Positions 42,836-52,345 of a DNA stretch of 64,000 nucleotides are shown here, piece by piece. The notes under the pieces are model-generated. The model was not told where the DNA came from. It ran no database searches and saw nothing but the letters and a program-made list of their open reading frames with translations. How positions within the stretch are numbered: position 1 is the stretch's first letter; each line of letters opens with the position of its first letter. Both the position numbers and the translations under genes were made by a program. The DNA is from a virus: IMG/VR virus record IMGVR_UViG_3300021197_000868, positions 1 through 64,000 of that record. The stretch is one strand, 5' to 3'.

Positions 42836-44011
42836 ATGGCACGAAATTACGTACGAACAGTCACTGATATGGAGAGATACTACTATGGCGCAGGAAACGC
42901 TATGGGTTACTCTTACTCAGGAAGCGAGTTATTGAAAGCAGACTCACCTATGATGTCTACAACCGCAGGAACCTACCAAGCAATCTATGGTCGCAAGGTA
43001 TGGTCACAGTTGAACCAAGAGTTCAACGCATTCTCTATCATGCCAAAGCGCCCTTGGGACCGCAGTGGATGGAGAGTTATTACTGACAAGCCTAACGCAG
43101 GAGTTGTCCACGGTGGAATTGCAGAGAACGGTACACTACCTGACACTGTAAAGCCTGTGTTCCAACATGTTGCTGCAAAGCCTAAGACAATCGCTCACTC
43201 ATTCGATGTAAGCGAAGTCGCTGTATTCCTTGCTGACAAGGATGACGGTATGGGTGACATGCGCTCAGTTCTTAAAGAAGAAATGGGTAAGCACCACGCT
43301 GAAATGGTAAACAAGATGCTTCTTACTGACTCTGAAACAGTAGCAGGTAACAACTTTGAATCACTTGACCGAATCACCGGAAACGACGGTGGCTCTTCCG
43401 GTGGACTAACATCTATGGAAACTGGCGGCTCAGCAGGTACAGACCACTGTGGCGCAACAGACCTTGACATCTACAGCATTGACCGAAGTGCAAACGCATG
43501 GTCTAACGCTGTTGTAAACTGTGGTAGCGACAGAGCATCCGGTAACCGCCGTACTATGTCACTTGACCAACTAGATGACACATTCCAGCGAATGTGGGAA
43601 CTTGGTGGTAATCCAAAGGTTATCCTAACTGGATATGACACTCTAATGAGACTACAGCAATTGCTACAGGCTCAGCAAAGGTTCATGGAAGAGAAGAGAG
43701 TTACACCTACCTACAACGGTGTTAAAGGTGTACCGGGTATTGAAGCAGGTTTCATTGTAGCAACCTACAACGGTGTCCCAATCATTCCTTCTAAGGACGT
43801 TGAAAAGGACGGCATCAGTAGAATGTACTTCCTTGACACTGACTATCTATACTTCTCTACAGCAATACCTACTCAATACTTTGAGTCAGGAATCGAGACT
43901 GGCGACCCGTTCGCAATTAACAGACTAGGACAGGAAGGACTTTACCGTACAATGGGTGAAGTTTGGACTACCTTCTTCCGTGCTCAGGGTAGCGTAAGGG
44001 ACTTGAAGTGA
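42836..44011 (+). CDS. Major capsid protein (HK97 fold)
   Basis: Follows protease/scaffold; ENGTLP, PKTIAH, GIEAGF.VATYNGVPIIPSKD, YFLDTDYL; strong RBS and biased codons. Confidence 0.92.
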   Translation: MARNYVRTVTDMERYYYGAGNAMGYSYSGSELLKADSPMMSTTAGTYQAIYGRKVWSQLNQEFNAFSIMPKRPWDRSGWRVITDKPNAGVVHGGIAENGTLPDTVKPVFQHVAAKPKTIAHSFDVSEVAVFLADKDDGMGDMRSVLKEEMGKHHAEMVNKMLLTDSETVAGNNFESLDRITGNDGGSSGGLTSMETGGSAGTDHCGATDLDIYSIDRSANAWSNAVVNCGSDRASGNRRTMSLDQLDDTFQRMWELGGNPKVILTGYDTLMRLQQLLQAQQRFMEEKRVTPTYNGVKGVPGIEAGFIVATYNGVPIIPSKDVEKDGISRMYFLDTDYLYFSTAIPTQYFESGIETGDPFAINRLGQEGLYRTMGEVWTTFFRAQGSVRDLK

Positions 44012-44049
44012 TGTGGAGATTAGGAATTAAAATAAGGAGATGATGAATT

Positions 44050-44478
44050 ATGACAGCAGTATCATACACAAACAATGGATTGACGTTCGCATACGATGAT
44101 GGAGACATTACTGATTTAGAAGTAGTGCTCGATTTAGATATGCGTACAGGAACACTTGTAGACGAAACAGCATGGCTTGACGGCGGTGCAGCAGCGGGCT
44201 CTTATCCGGGCGCACTTGCTGGCTTTCAAGCAAAGAACAGTAACACTACAGACGCTAATGGTAGCCTTCGTTTAGTCACGGTCAAGTACGACCTTGAAGC
44301 GGCGGCAACAGAAGCATTCACTATGAGTGGTAACATCAGTAAGATTGTAACCATCGTAGGAAACGCTTACCCTACAGCAGATAAAACATTCTCAGTTACT
44401 TTTAGCGGATTGGTTGTAACCTCTCACGCAGAAGCAGCAGCAGATAACTGTTACTTAACAATGTTAATACTTGGTTGA
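44050..44478 (+). CDS. Probable capsid decoration/minor head protein
   Basis: Beta-rich; directly after MCP with the same strong RBS. Confidence 0.55.
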   Translation: MTAVSYTNNGLTFAYDDGDITDLEVVLDLDMRTGTLVDETAWLDGGAAAGSYPGALAGFQAKNSNTTDANGSLRLVTVKYDLEAAATEAFTMSGNISKIVTIVGNAYPTADKTFSVTFSGLVVTSHAEAAADNCYLTMLILG

Positions 44479-44489
44479 AGGTGCTTAAC

Positions 44490-44903
44490 GTGCCTATAAT
44501 AACATATATTGGGCGTTCTCACACACGCAGAGCGACTGATGCAAAGATGAGAGATTGGGAGCAGAATAGACCAGTCGAAGTAACTTCGGCTTGGCTTGAC
44601 CACTACTCCCCTCGTCTAGGAGAAACAGACTTCAGGATAGAAGGTTGGTCGGTAGATGATGCTGAACTACGTGGTACTACCGATAAAGGTGGAGACGGAA
44701 TACCTGATGAAGGATGGGCTCGCAAAGACATAGCAAAGTGGTTAGCCACTTATGATATTAAACCAAGAGGTTATGCAACCAAAACTCAATTACTTGAGTT
44801 AGTTGAAACTGTAATGGGACCTGATGGGGTCGCTGAAACAGAAGAACTAGTAGCAGAGACTCAAGAGGCAGAAGAAGAAACTCAAGAAGGAGATGATGAA
44901 TAA
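44490..44903 (+). CDS. Hypothetical protein with a HeH-like motif
   Basis: WARKDIAKWL...ATKTQLLELV; GTG start. Confidence 0.6.
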   Translation: MPIITYIGRSHTRRATDAKMRDWEQNRPVEVTSAWLDHYSPRLGETDFRIEGWSVDDAELRGTTDKGGDGIPDEGWARKDIAKWLATYDIKPRGYATKTQLLELVETVMGPDGVAETEELVAETQEAEEETQEGDDE

Positions 44904-45229
44904 TGGCAGTAACGATAGACCCAAGACCGACATATTTCGGTGACAGAATGATAGTAACAGGCTCATACGCCGCTGGTGATAACGCAATTGATTTGAGTAG
45001 CGTATTAGCAAGTATTGACTTTGCAGGTGCAAACTCAAGCGGTATAATCGCATCAAGACCAATTACAGATACAGGTGGTACTGCTGACGAACAAGAAGTA
45101 GTCTTTGCACCTGATGTACGAATTGATGGTACAACTATCCGTATTGCGGGTGGTTTGGCTGATGGCACAATCGCTAACACAAACCCTGCACAGGCTGGAA
45201 CTTTTATCGCAATTGGTCGCCGCTCTTAA
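44903..45229 (+). CDS. Small structural protein
   Basis: AAGGAGATG RBS; head-neck context. Confidence 0.7.
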   Translation: MAVTIDPRPTYFGDRMIVTGSYAAGDNAIDLSSVLASIDFAGANSSGIIASRPITDTGGTADEQEVVFAPDVRIDGTTIRIAGGLADGTIANTNPAQAGTFIAIGRRS

Positions 45230-45240
45230 GGTGACTAATC

Positions 45241-45435
45241 ATGGCTAACTTAACACCTAAATACAAGGTAGTGGGGCCATTCTCTCCAGTAGAGTTTGCT
45301 ACTCCCGCTGACTTAACAACCGCTATTGAAACAGCAGTTGGTACAATAGGCGACGCTTCTTCTACTACCAGTTTAGTCGCATCTGACCCCATAACGGTCT
45401 TAGGTAACATTTACATTATTGTAGCCTATGTCTGA
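45241..45435 (+). CDS. Small structural protein
   Basis: GGTGA RBS. Confidence 0.7.
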   Translation: MANLTPKYKVVGPFSPVEFATPADLTTAIETAVGTIGDASSTTSLVASDPITVLGNIYIIVAYV

Positions 45436-45450
45436 GTGTGGGGGAGATGA

Positions 45451-45750
45451 ATGGGCTTAGAGATTTCAACTATTGACTTCGACGACATTAGTCGTTTTCA
45501 GAAACAGGCATTACGTTCAGATGTAAGCATGGATTTGTCAGCGTTTGTTGACCCCGATAATCCACTGAAAGGCATTACAAATGAACAGCGTAATCGCAAT
45601 AGCGAGGCTGCTGATATACTCAATATAGGTTCAGGTACAAGGTGTACGCACTGTGGTATGCTCCATTTCTTATGGCGTGAAACATGCGCTACTTGTAAGA
45701 AACCTATGGAATATAATCTTGCTACTAGGAATGAGGAGGCTCGTGAGTAA
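45451..45750 (+). CDS. Zn-ribbon protein
   Basis: CTHC...CATC. Confidence 0.7.
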   Translation: MGLEISTIDFDDISRFQKQALRSDVSMDLSAFVDPDNPLKGITNEQRNRNSEAADILNIGSGTRCTHCGMLHFLWRETCATCKKPMEYNLATRNEEARE

Positions 45751-47327
45751 TGCCTTCAGTATACAGTCCGGGTGAAGGCGAAACTCGCCCTCTTAATCCC
45801 AGTGATACTGTGTACACTACTCCTCAAAAGGTGGCAGATTACCTTGGTATCGGGCCACAAGAACCAGTTGCCACATCAGCAGATTCTGTATCAGACGGTG
45901 TATTTATCACTGGTGAAGACTATCGTAGATGCGGTACTGAAGTAGATGATACTATTCTCATCTACAGTGATGCTAACCCACTTGGTGTTGAGAAAACAGT
46001 TACTGCTATCGCTAATGGCGGGACAAGTGGGGTCAAATTAACATTCACAGGGTCTTTTACTCATGCTGACTTTGAGGCCGCTGATAACACATACGTGCAG
46101 AATCTAGCATCTTTTACTAACGCTAAAGTTGGAAGACAGCGTGGTGTTACTAAGGCTATTGTGCAAAATCGTATTCGTGAAGTACAGGATAAGATTGACA
46201 ACATCACTCACAATGCTTGGCGACCTTACTTAGTGTCGGCTGAGTACATCAACTTTGATACTTACAAACCGTATCGCCGTCGATACTATACAGATTATGT
46301 TGGTACTGCTCCGCTTCTATTCCGTAATGTTCAGCAGATTCTAAGACTAGAACTATGGCAAGGTGATGACTATCGTGAGATAGGTGCTGCTGAGGCTCGT
46401 GTTGCTATACCTGATGACCCTAGAAGCGTAAGCGGGTCATTAGTATTCAGTCCGGGTAATGGTAGTGCTGCTGTATTAACAGCAGGTACTGCTACTACTC
46501 AATGGCGTGCTGACTTTGACGCTGGGACCACTGCTCAGAATCTTGCTGATTTAATCAACAAAGAGGATAGAGTTAGTAAAGGAGCAGTTGAGTTCAGCCC
46601 TGCATTTACATTAGAAGGTAGCACTAGTAACATAAGCGTCAATAACGAGTTCTTCGCTTCTGCTAATTCTGACTATGGGACAGGTGTCGTTAAAATAACC
46701 AGTAGAAGACCAGTCAAGGCTGGAGAAACGTGTAGCATCGTCTCTACAGACAGCACAGTGTCTATTTCGCAGACTCAAGTTAACACAGCCACTGTTAGTG
46801 GTGTTGTCTCTACTACAATCACTGTAGATTCAGCCGATGGTTTCGCTCCTGCTGGAGTCTGTAAAGATGCTAGTGGTGATGTTTTCAGGTACACTGGTAC
46901 TACCGCTACAACATTTACTGGTTGTGTGATTGTAATTGGAAGCGCTCTTAGTGATATTAGTGGTGAAATTACCCAGCATACTTTACAAGTTGACTTACAG
47001 GGCGGAAGTGCTAGTGGAGACAATGCTCGTTTGCGTGATTGGTGGATGGACTATGAAACTGGCATTATCTACTTCAACAACTCATATCCATTCTTTGAGT
47101 GGAACGCTATCAAAGTTTCTTACATCTATGGTGAGCGTTATCTTGAGAAGGCCATAGAAGAAGTTGCTACGAAGATGGTAGTAATTGACCTACTAATGTC
47201 CGATGACCGTACTGTGTTGTTACCTGAAGGGAGTAGTAATATCGACTTAACCGCTAAGGTACAGTTACTACAATCAGAAATTGATAAGATTCTTCCACGT
47301 TATCAAGAAATGGTTCTCTTTGAGTGA
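45750..47327 (+). CDS. Head-tail adaptor/neck protein with large inserted beta-rich domains
   Basis: YTTPQKVADYL N-terminus, IDNIT..AW, IKVSYIYG and C-terminal helices typical of gp6/gp15-like adaptors. Confidence 0.7.
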   Translation: MPSVYSPGEGETRPLNPSDTVYTTPQKVADYLGIGPQEPVATSADSVSDGVFITGEDYRRCGTEVDDTILIYSDANPLGVEKTVTAIANGGTSGVKLTFTGSFTHADFEAADNTYVQNLASFTNAKVGRQRGVTKAIVQNRIREVQDKIDNITHNAWRPYLVSAEYINFDTYKPYRRRYYTDYVGTAPLLFRNVQQILRLELWQGDDYREIGAAEARVAIPDDPRSVSGSLVFSPGNGSAAVLTAGTATTQWRADFDAGTTAQNLADLINKEDRVSKGAVEFSPAFTLEGSTSNISVNNEFFASANSDYGTGVVKITSRRPVKAGETCSIVSTDSTVSISQTQVNTATVSGVVSTTITVDSADGFAPAGVCKDASGDVFRYTGTTATTFTGCVIVIGSALSDISGEITQHTLQVDLQGGSASGDNARLRDWWMDYETGIIYFNNSYPFFEWNAIKVSYIYGERYLEKAIEEVATKMVVIDLLMSDDRTVLLPEGSSNIDLTAKVQLLQSEIDKILPRYQEMVLFE

Positions 47328-47332
47328 TGTAA

Positions 47333-47677
47333 ATGCCTAAAGATGAGTTTGATGAGTTGATGGATGACCATTTCACTTATGAAATGCTAAAACCTTCTTA
47401 TCAAAAAGAACTTCATCAAATAGTAACTCAGTCACCTGAGAGTTTTCGTAGAGTTGTTGAGCAACAAGAATTGGGTCTTGATGGTATAAATAAAAACGAG
47501 GCGGGTGAATATGAGCAACGTGGTAATTCTCCCGACCCCATTGTTCTTAAAGCAGCATTGGATAGGGTAGATAAGCGGATGCTTAGGGAATCACCGGCTT
47601 TGATAACTCACAAATTAAAGTTCATGGGTGGGAATCTAGTACCGGATAAGAAAGCGTACGAGAGGGAGGTCAGGTAA
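47333..47677 (+). CDS. Hypothetical neck-region protein
   Basis: Position between adaptor and tail terminator. Confidence 0.65.
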   Translation: MPKDEFDELMDDHFTYEMLKPSYQKELHQIVTQSPESFRRVVEQQELGLDGINKNEAGEYEQRGNSPDPIVLKAALDRVDKRMLRESPALITHKLKFMGGNLVPDKKAYEREVR

Positions 47678-48123
47678 TGGTAGCAACATGGACTGAATCT
47701 ATCGACGTTATCCTAGATGTATTAGGTGATTGGAATCGTGCCAATACGTCTAACATTAAACCCATAATAGCAGACATCGCTACTACTTCTCCTGAGCGTG
47801 GTAAGCGCATAGATATGAAAAAGTCCGACTACATTCTATGCTATGAGACGGCGCACAATGAAGAAGCACCTGAATTACTCTATGATTTCGTGACAACACG
47901 TGTAAACATCACAGTTGATTTACGAACTACCAAATCTCGAAAGCACATGCAAGCGATGGAAAACGAGGTACGTCGCCTCATTCATACAAAGCGCAAAGGT
48001 GATGGTACATCCTTTGACCGCCTTGTTTTCAAGACTCGTACGGACCTTTCAGACCGTACAAAACATCTTTTTCGCAAGACCTTCCAAATAGAAGTAGTTA
48101 TCTTTGCGGAGTTAGTGCCATAA
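47677..48123 (+). CDS. Putative tail terminator/completion protein
   Basis: 148 aa, directly before the tail tube; NITVDLRT...EVRRLI...RKTFQIEV pattern. Confidence 0.6.
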   Translation: MVATWTESIDVILDVLGDWNRANTSNIKPIIADIATTSPERGKRIDMKKSDYILCYETAHNEEAPELLYDFVTTRVNITVDLRTTKSRKHMQAMENEVRRLIHTKRKGDGTSFDRLVFKTRTDLSDRTKHLFRKTFQIEVVIFAELVP

Positions 48124-48133
48124 GGTGAGCCGA

Positions 48134-50101
48134 ATGCCGTCAACAGTCTATAAGGGAGATTTAACCGAGATTTCTTTCGGTCACGAAACATCATTACAAC
48201 TAACACATCACTATGATGCTAGTAATTCTTTTACATATGAACATGAGGCTACTGACGCTGCTGCTGGAACCAGCACAATACGCTTGGCCGGTGGTGCTTC
48301 TGATACTCCTGTTGAAAGCGGCGTACTTCAACTACCACGTGGTATGTTGGTTGGTGCAAAATTAAGCATCATAGGAGCAACTAACTTCGCATCAGATGAT
48401 GCTACGTCAACTGGTAAGGTCTTTACTGTAGTGCAACATCACACTGGGACTGGTGGGAGTGCTGTTGAAACTGACTTTGTAGTCACTCCTGCTCTTTCCA
48501 CAGGCACAGGTATTCTTAGTAGTGCAGGTGGAGCCCTCCACTTCCACGCTTTTACTCTACCATCTGTTGATGTAGGTATGGGTTATCATGATACTCCTAA
48601 CGCTTCTAGTGAGTCAGTGCTTACTGACCAGTTTGTCGGCCTAGCAGCCACAGTTACACTCCCTGAGACGAAAGTTGACCTGAAGCGATACCATGTCGTG
48701 GGGCTCGGTAGAGATGTCGCTGTACAAGTACCGGGTCGTTTCGTCAATGAAGGGGGGTCTTTTGAAGTCAATATGCACAATCCTCGTTGGTTGTATTACT
48801 GTCTTGGTATGGAAGCGATTGACGTTGGTACAACATACGATTCTCTTTGTGATACAAATAACGATTTCAAATTAAACGGCTCTACGAAGGTTGGAGCGTC
48901 AACAATCATTTATGATGGTACAAACGCTCCTCCTAACTTTGGCTCCGCTGGTAGTGACCCAGTTGTAGCAGGTGATTATGTTATCATCAAAGATACTACT
49001 GCTGCTGATGTAATCACATACGATGCACCTGATAGCGGGAATAAGTTTGGTGCTGTTAGTAACCCGGAGACTACATACTTTGATACAACAGAAACTAGTG
49101 AAATCCGCCGTATTGTAGCAATTACAGCAACACATATTTTCCTAGATGATGGATTATTATTCCCACATGATGATGACAAAGACATCAAGTTCGCTAGATT
49201 CACTAGTGGTTCTACTCTAGGTAGTCCTAACCGTGCTTCAAGCGGTACTCTAACCAATGGTGTTACACGCCTTCTATATTCTCGCAGTAGCGTACCTTCT
49301 TTCGCTATGGAAGTTAGCATTCGTCGTCGTGATAGTGACGGCTCTGTAGACAATGTGGCTGACGGTGGTGCTACAGATACAAAGCAACTAACACGTGTAT
49401 TCCGTGGATGTAAGGTAAAGGACTTCAGCCTAACTGCTGATACCGATGCTGCATTAAGACTAACAGTAAACTTTGATTCTGCTCTATGTTATACTGACAC
49501 AGGTCGTCTTGAAGATGTCTCAACTAAAGGTGACAGATACAATGCTCACCGTATGTTTGAAGACACCGCTAATACAGACGCTAAGCGTAAAGAGTCCGGT
49601 ATTGAAAAGGGCACACAAAAACCATACATGTTCTACAACGGTACAATTGATGTTGCTGGAGTAAGAGTAGGTCAAGTAGTATCTTTCACTTTGAACGGCT
49701 CTACTGGAGTACAACAGTTTTACACAATCAACGGTGCTCCTACTACAGATGCTGCTACTGACCAAGTACCATTCGCAGGTGCTCGTAACGCTTCTATTGC
49801 AGTTGAAGGTAAGACTGAATACAGTATGGATATGGAAATTATAGTAGACGACCCTATCTTTTACCATAAAATGCGTAGAGGAGTAGACCACGATGCCACT
49901 AGTGCTAACATGATTAGACTATCATTTACTAAAGCAGGTACTGCTAGTACACGTGAACGCATTGACATTCTACTCGATGATTACGTTATTATAGAAGCCC
50001 CACTTCCTATTCCTGAAGATAAAGGCCCTATCCGTGCCCCTTTGAAGATTATGCCTAAAGCCATCCGTGTGATTTCAAGAGACACGCTATTCCATTGTTG
50101 A
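48134..50101 (+). CDS. Major tail tube protein with inserted domains
   Basis: YKGDLTEISFGHET N-terminus, RVFRGCKVKDFSL, FYNGTI, C-terminal PIPEDKGPI; no sheath gene nearby. Confidence 0.75.
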   Translation: MPSTVYKGDLTEISFGHETSLQLTHHYDASNSFTYEHEATDAAAGTSTIRLAGGASDTPVESGVLQLPRGMLVGAKLSIIGATNFASDDATSTGKVFTVVQHHTGTGGSAVETDFVVTPALSTGTGILSSAGGALHFHAFTLPSVDVGMGYHDTPNASSESVLTDQFVGLAATVTLPETKVDLKRYHVVGLGRDVAVQVPGRFVNEGGSFEVNMHNPRWLYYCLGMEAIDVGTTYDSLCDTNNDFKLNGSTKVGASTIIYDGTNAPPNFGSAGSDPVVAGDYVIIKDTTAADVITYDAPDSGNKFGAVSNPETTYFDTTETSEIRRIVAITATHIFLDDGLLFPHDDDKDIKFARFTSGSTLGSPNRASSGTLTNGVTRLLYSRSSVPSFAMEVSIRRRDSDGSVDNVADGGATDTKQLTRVFRGCKVKDFSLTADTDAALRLTVNFDSALCYTDTGRLEDVSTKGDRYNAHRMFEDTANTDAKRKESGIEKGTQKPYMFYNGTIDVAGVRVGQVVSFTLNGSTGVQQFYTINGAPTTDAATDQVPFAGARNASIAVEGKTEYSMDMEIIVDDPIFYHKMRRGVDHDATSANMIRLSFTKAGTASTRERIDILLDDYVIIEAPLPIPEDKGPIRAPLKIMPKAIRVISRDTLFHC

Positions 50102-50112
50102 GGTGAATAAAA

Positions 50113-50607
50113 ATGCCAAGTCCATCAGAATGTGTAACTAAATACCGTCGTTTATCTAACGAAGACTTTGCTATTTGGTATGGGAATACTTTAGGAGTGG
50201 ATGCAGAAGTCAGCGCTCTTTTAGCGCAGCATCGTACACGTAAGAGCATTCAGATAGCGATAGATGCTTTAGTACCTGCTCCTGTAGTAGAGGTTGAATC
50301 TGTAGAAGACATCCCTAATTCACAAGACTTCCCTTCTGATTTATCATACGATGCTATGTCGTTAAATGAACTCCGAGAGGAGTGTAAAAACCGTGAATTA
50401 CCTGTTTCCGGTACAAAGGCTCAGTTGAGCCTACGCTTGAAGCGTGACGATGAAGGTATATCCGAGTCCCTGACTGAAACTGAAGCCCCCGAGGAATCGG
50501 CTGCTGAAGTTGAGTCGGACACCCCCGCTGAAGAAGCGGCTGTGACCATAGGTGAGACAAATGCCGACAATATCGAACAAGAATCTATTACTGAGACAGA
50601 AGAATGA
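50113..50607 (+). CDS. SAP-domain protein
   Basis: MSLNELREECKNRELPVSGTKAQLSLRL matches the SAP consensus. Confidence 0.8.
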   Translation: MPSPSECVTKYRRLSNEDFAIWYGNTLGVDAEVSALLAQHRTRKSIQIAIDALVPAPVVEVESVEDIPNSQDFPSDLSYDAMSLNELREECKNRELPVSGTKAQLSLRLKRDDEGISESLTETEAPEESAAEVESDTPAEEAAVTIGETNADNIEQESITETEE

Positions 50608-50920
50608 GCAAAGACACGAAATACCTGTAGACGATGATGAAATCATGGTTGTCTACGTTAGGGATATTTCCTTCTTTGATGTTCAGAAATCTGCTCAAGA
50701 ATTACTCACAATCGGTAAAGATGGCGGAATGTCTCTCGACCTAGAATCATATTGGAAGTACGCTTTTACTAATTGGATAGTCCGTACTGAACCTGAACTT
50801 TCTACTTCTGAATTACTAGACTTAAAAGGTCACATTGGTCAGCGCATAGCCGCTATTCTACCTAGCCCTGAGACAGTAGGTAAAATGTTACAGGGAGATT
50901 TTACGAAAGGCGACGCTTAG
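50561..50920 (+). CDS. Tail assembly chaperone (gpG-like)
   Basis: Between tail tube and TMP; GGTGA RBS before ATG 50561. Confidence 0.65.
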   Translation: MPTISNKNLLLRQKNEQRHEIPVDDDEIMVVYVRDISFFDVQKSAQELLTIGKDGGMSLDLESYWKYAFTNWIVRTEPELSTSELLDLKGHIGQRIAAILPSPETVGKMLQGDFTKGDA

Positions 50921-51198
50921 AGATTGAGAGTTTTCTCACTCGTAAGTTAGTCGCCACACCTGAAGACATAGAAATGCAATTAGAATTATGGGCTTACGTA
51001 GTAGCAACACATTACAGCATATCACTAAAAGAGGTACATGAAATGACTCCAGCGACATTCCAACAATCTCTCTCATGGGCGCTTGCTGGTAGGAATCAAC
51101 AGGAAAAGCAAAAGAAGCGGCAGCGCCAAGAGTCAAAAAGCGGGGGTCGTGAAACAGTGTCATTAGATTACGACTGGCTCGATTTGGAGGACTTTTGA
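50884..51198 (+). CDS. Tail assembly chaperone extension (gpT-like), -1 frame
   Basis: The -1 frame is open from 50884; VATHYSISLKEVHEMT resembles gpT-type tails. Confidence 0.55.
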   Translation, partial: NVTGRFYERRRLEIESFLTRKLVATPEDIEMQLELWAYVVATHYSISLKEVHEMTPATFQQSLSWALAGRNQQEKQKKRQRQESKSGGRETVSLDYDWLDLEDF

Positions 51199-52343
51199 TG
51201 GTAGCACTAGCAGGTTTAACTACGGCTATGAGCGGATTAAGTTCTGCTGCTAGTGGGCTCAGTGGTATCTTTAGTAGTCTAGGCGGTCTACTCAGTAGCA
51301 TTGGAAGTGCTATAATGAGTGCTTTTGGTACTGCGATGGATTTTCTAAAAGAGAAGTTCCAAGCAATAAAGGACTGGTGGAATGACAATATACAGCCTAT
51401 TTTCGATGAGTTTTGGGAGTATGTAGGTCCCACGATAATGGCAATATGGGAGTCGTTTAGTGCTTTGGGGACAGGTGCTATTGACTTAGTAGTAGGGGCA
51501 TTCGACCTACTAGTAGCGGGTGCTGAATTAGCATGGGGAGGTTTAACCTCGGCTATGTCATTTATGTGGGATGGCTTTGTAATGCCTATTTTTGAAATGT
51601 TTTCTGCACTCTTTAGCGGAGTTATTGCTCTTGCTACTGGAGATTGGGCAGGGTTTATTGATGCTGCTAAAGACTATTGGAATGATGGTGTTGTACCCCT
51701 TGTTGACTATTTTATAACCCCATTCTTAATTGGATTAGACGCTATTGGGACTGCATGGGATTTCTTAGTAGACCTTATGATGTCAGGATGGGACTTAGTA
51801 ATGGGAGTCTTCGACTTCACTTGGAAGGACCTTTTACCTGATTGGAGTTGGAGTGATATTATTCCGGGCGCTTTAAGCGATTTCTTTTCACTAGATAATC
51901 TAAGTAATGTTTTTGACAGTCTTGCATCTACGTTTGACGCAGTAGTAGAGCCAATTGTTAATGCTATAAATGATTATATTATTGACACTATCAATGACGT
52001 AACAGGATATGAATTACCCGTTATAGGTGAAAGTCTTAGGAGTATGACTGGTGTAGATAAAATACCTCAACTTGCTGAAGGTGGAATTGCTAGTGGGCCT
52101 ATGAGTGGTTACCCTGCTGTGTTACACGGTACTGAAGCAGTAGTGCCTCTATCAGGTGGTCGCTCTATCCCTGTGGAAATGAAAGGCGGCGGTGGGAAAG
52201 GTAACACCTTCAATATCACTATCAATCCAAGTGGTATTACAGACCGCACTGACAAGCGTGAACTCGCTCGCACTATGGGTAACATGATTCAACAAGAAAT
52301 ATCACGTGCTATAGGTGGCACTACTATGAGAGGGAGGATGTAA
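51198..52343 (+). CDS. Short tape measure protein
   Basis: Trp/Phe-periodic amphipathic repeats; C-terminal LAEGGI..GP...LHGTEAVVPL motif. Confidence 0.85.
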   Translation: MVALAGLTTAMSGLSSAASGLSGIFSSLGGLLSSIGSAIMSAFGTAMDFLKEKFQAIKDWWNDNIQPIFDEFWEYVGPTIMAIWESFSALGTGAIDLVVGAFDLLVAGAELAWGGLTSAMSFMWDGFVMPIFEMFSALFSGVIALATGDWAGFIDAAKDYWNDGVVPLVDYFITPFLIGLDAIGTAWDFLVDLMMSGWDLVMGVFDFTWKDLLPDWSWSDIIPGALSDFFSLDNLSNVFDSLASTFDAVVEPIVNAINDYIIDTINDVTGYELPVIGESLRSMTGVDKIPQLAEGGIASGPMSGYPAVLHGTEAVVPLSGGRSIPVEMKGGGGKGNTFNITINPSGITDRTDKRELARTMGNMIQQEISRAIGGTTMRGRM

Positions 52344-52345
52344 TC

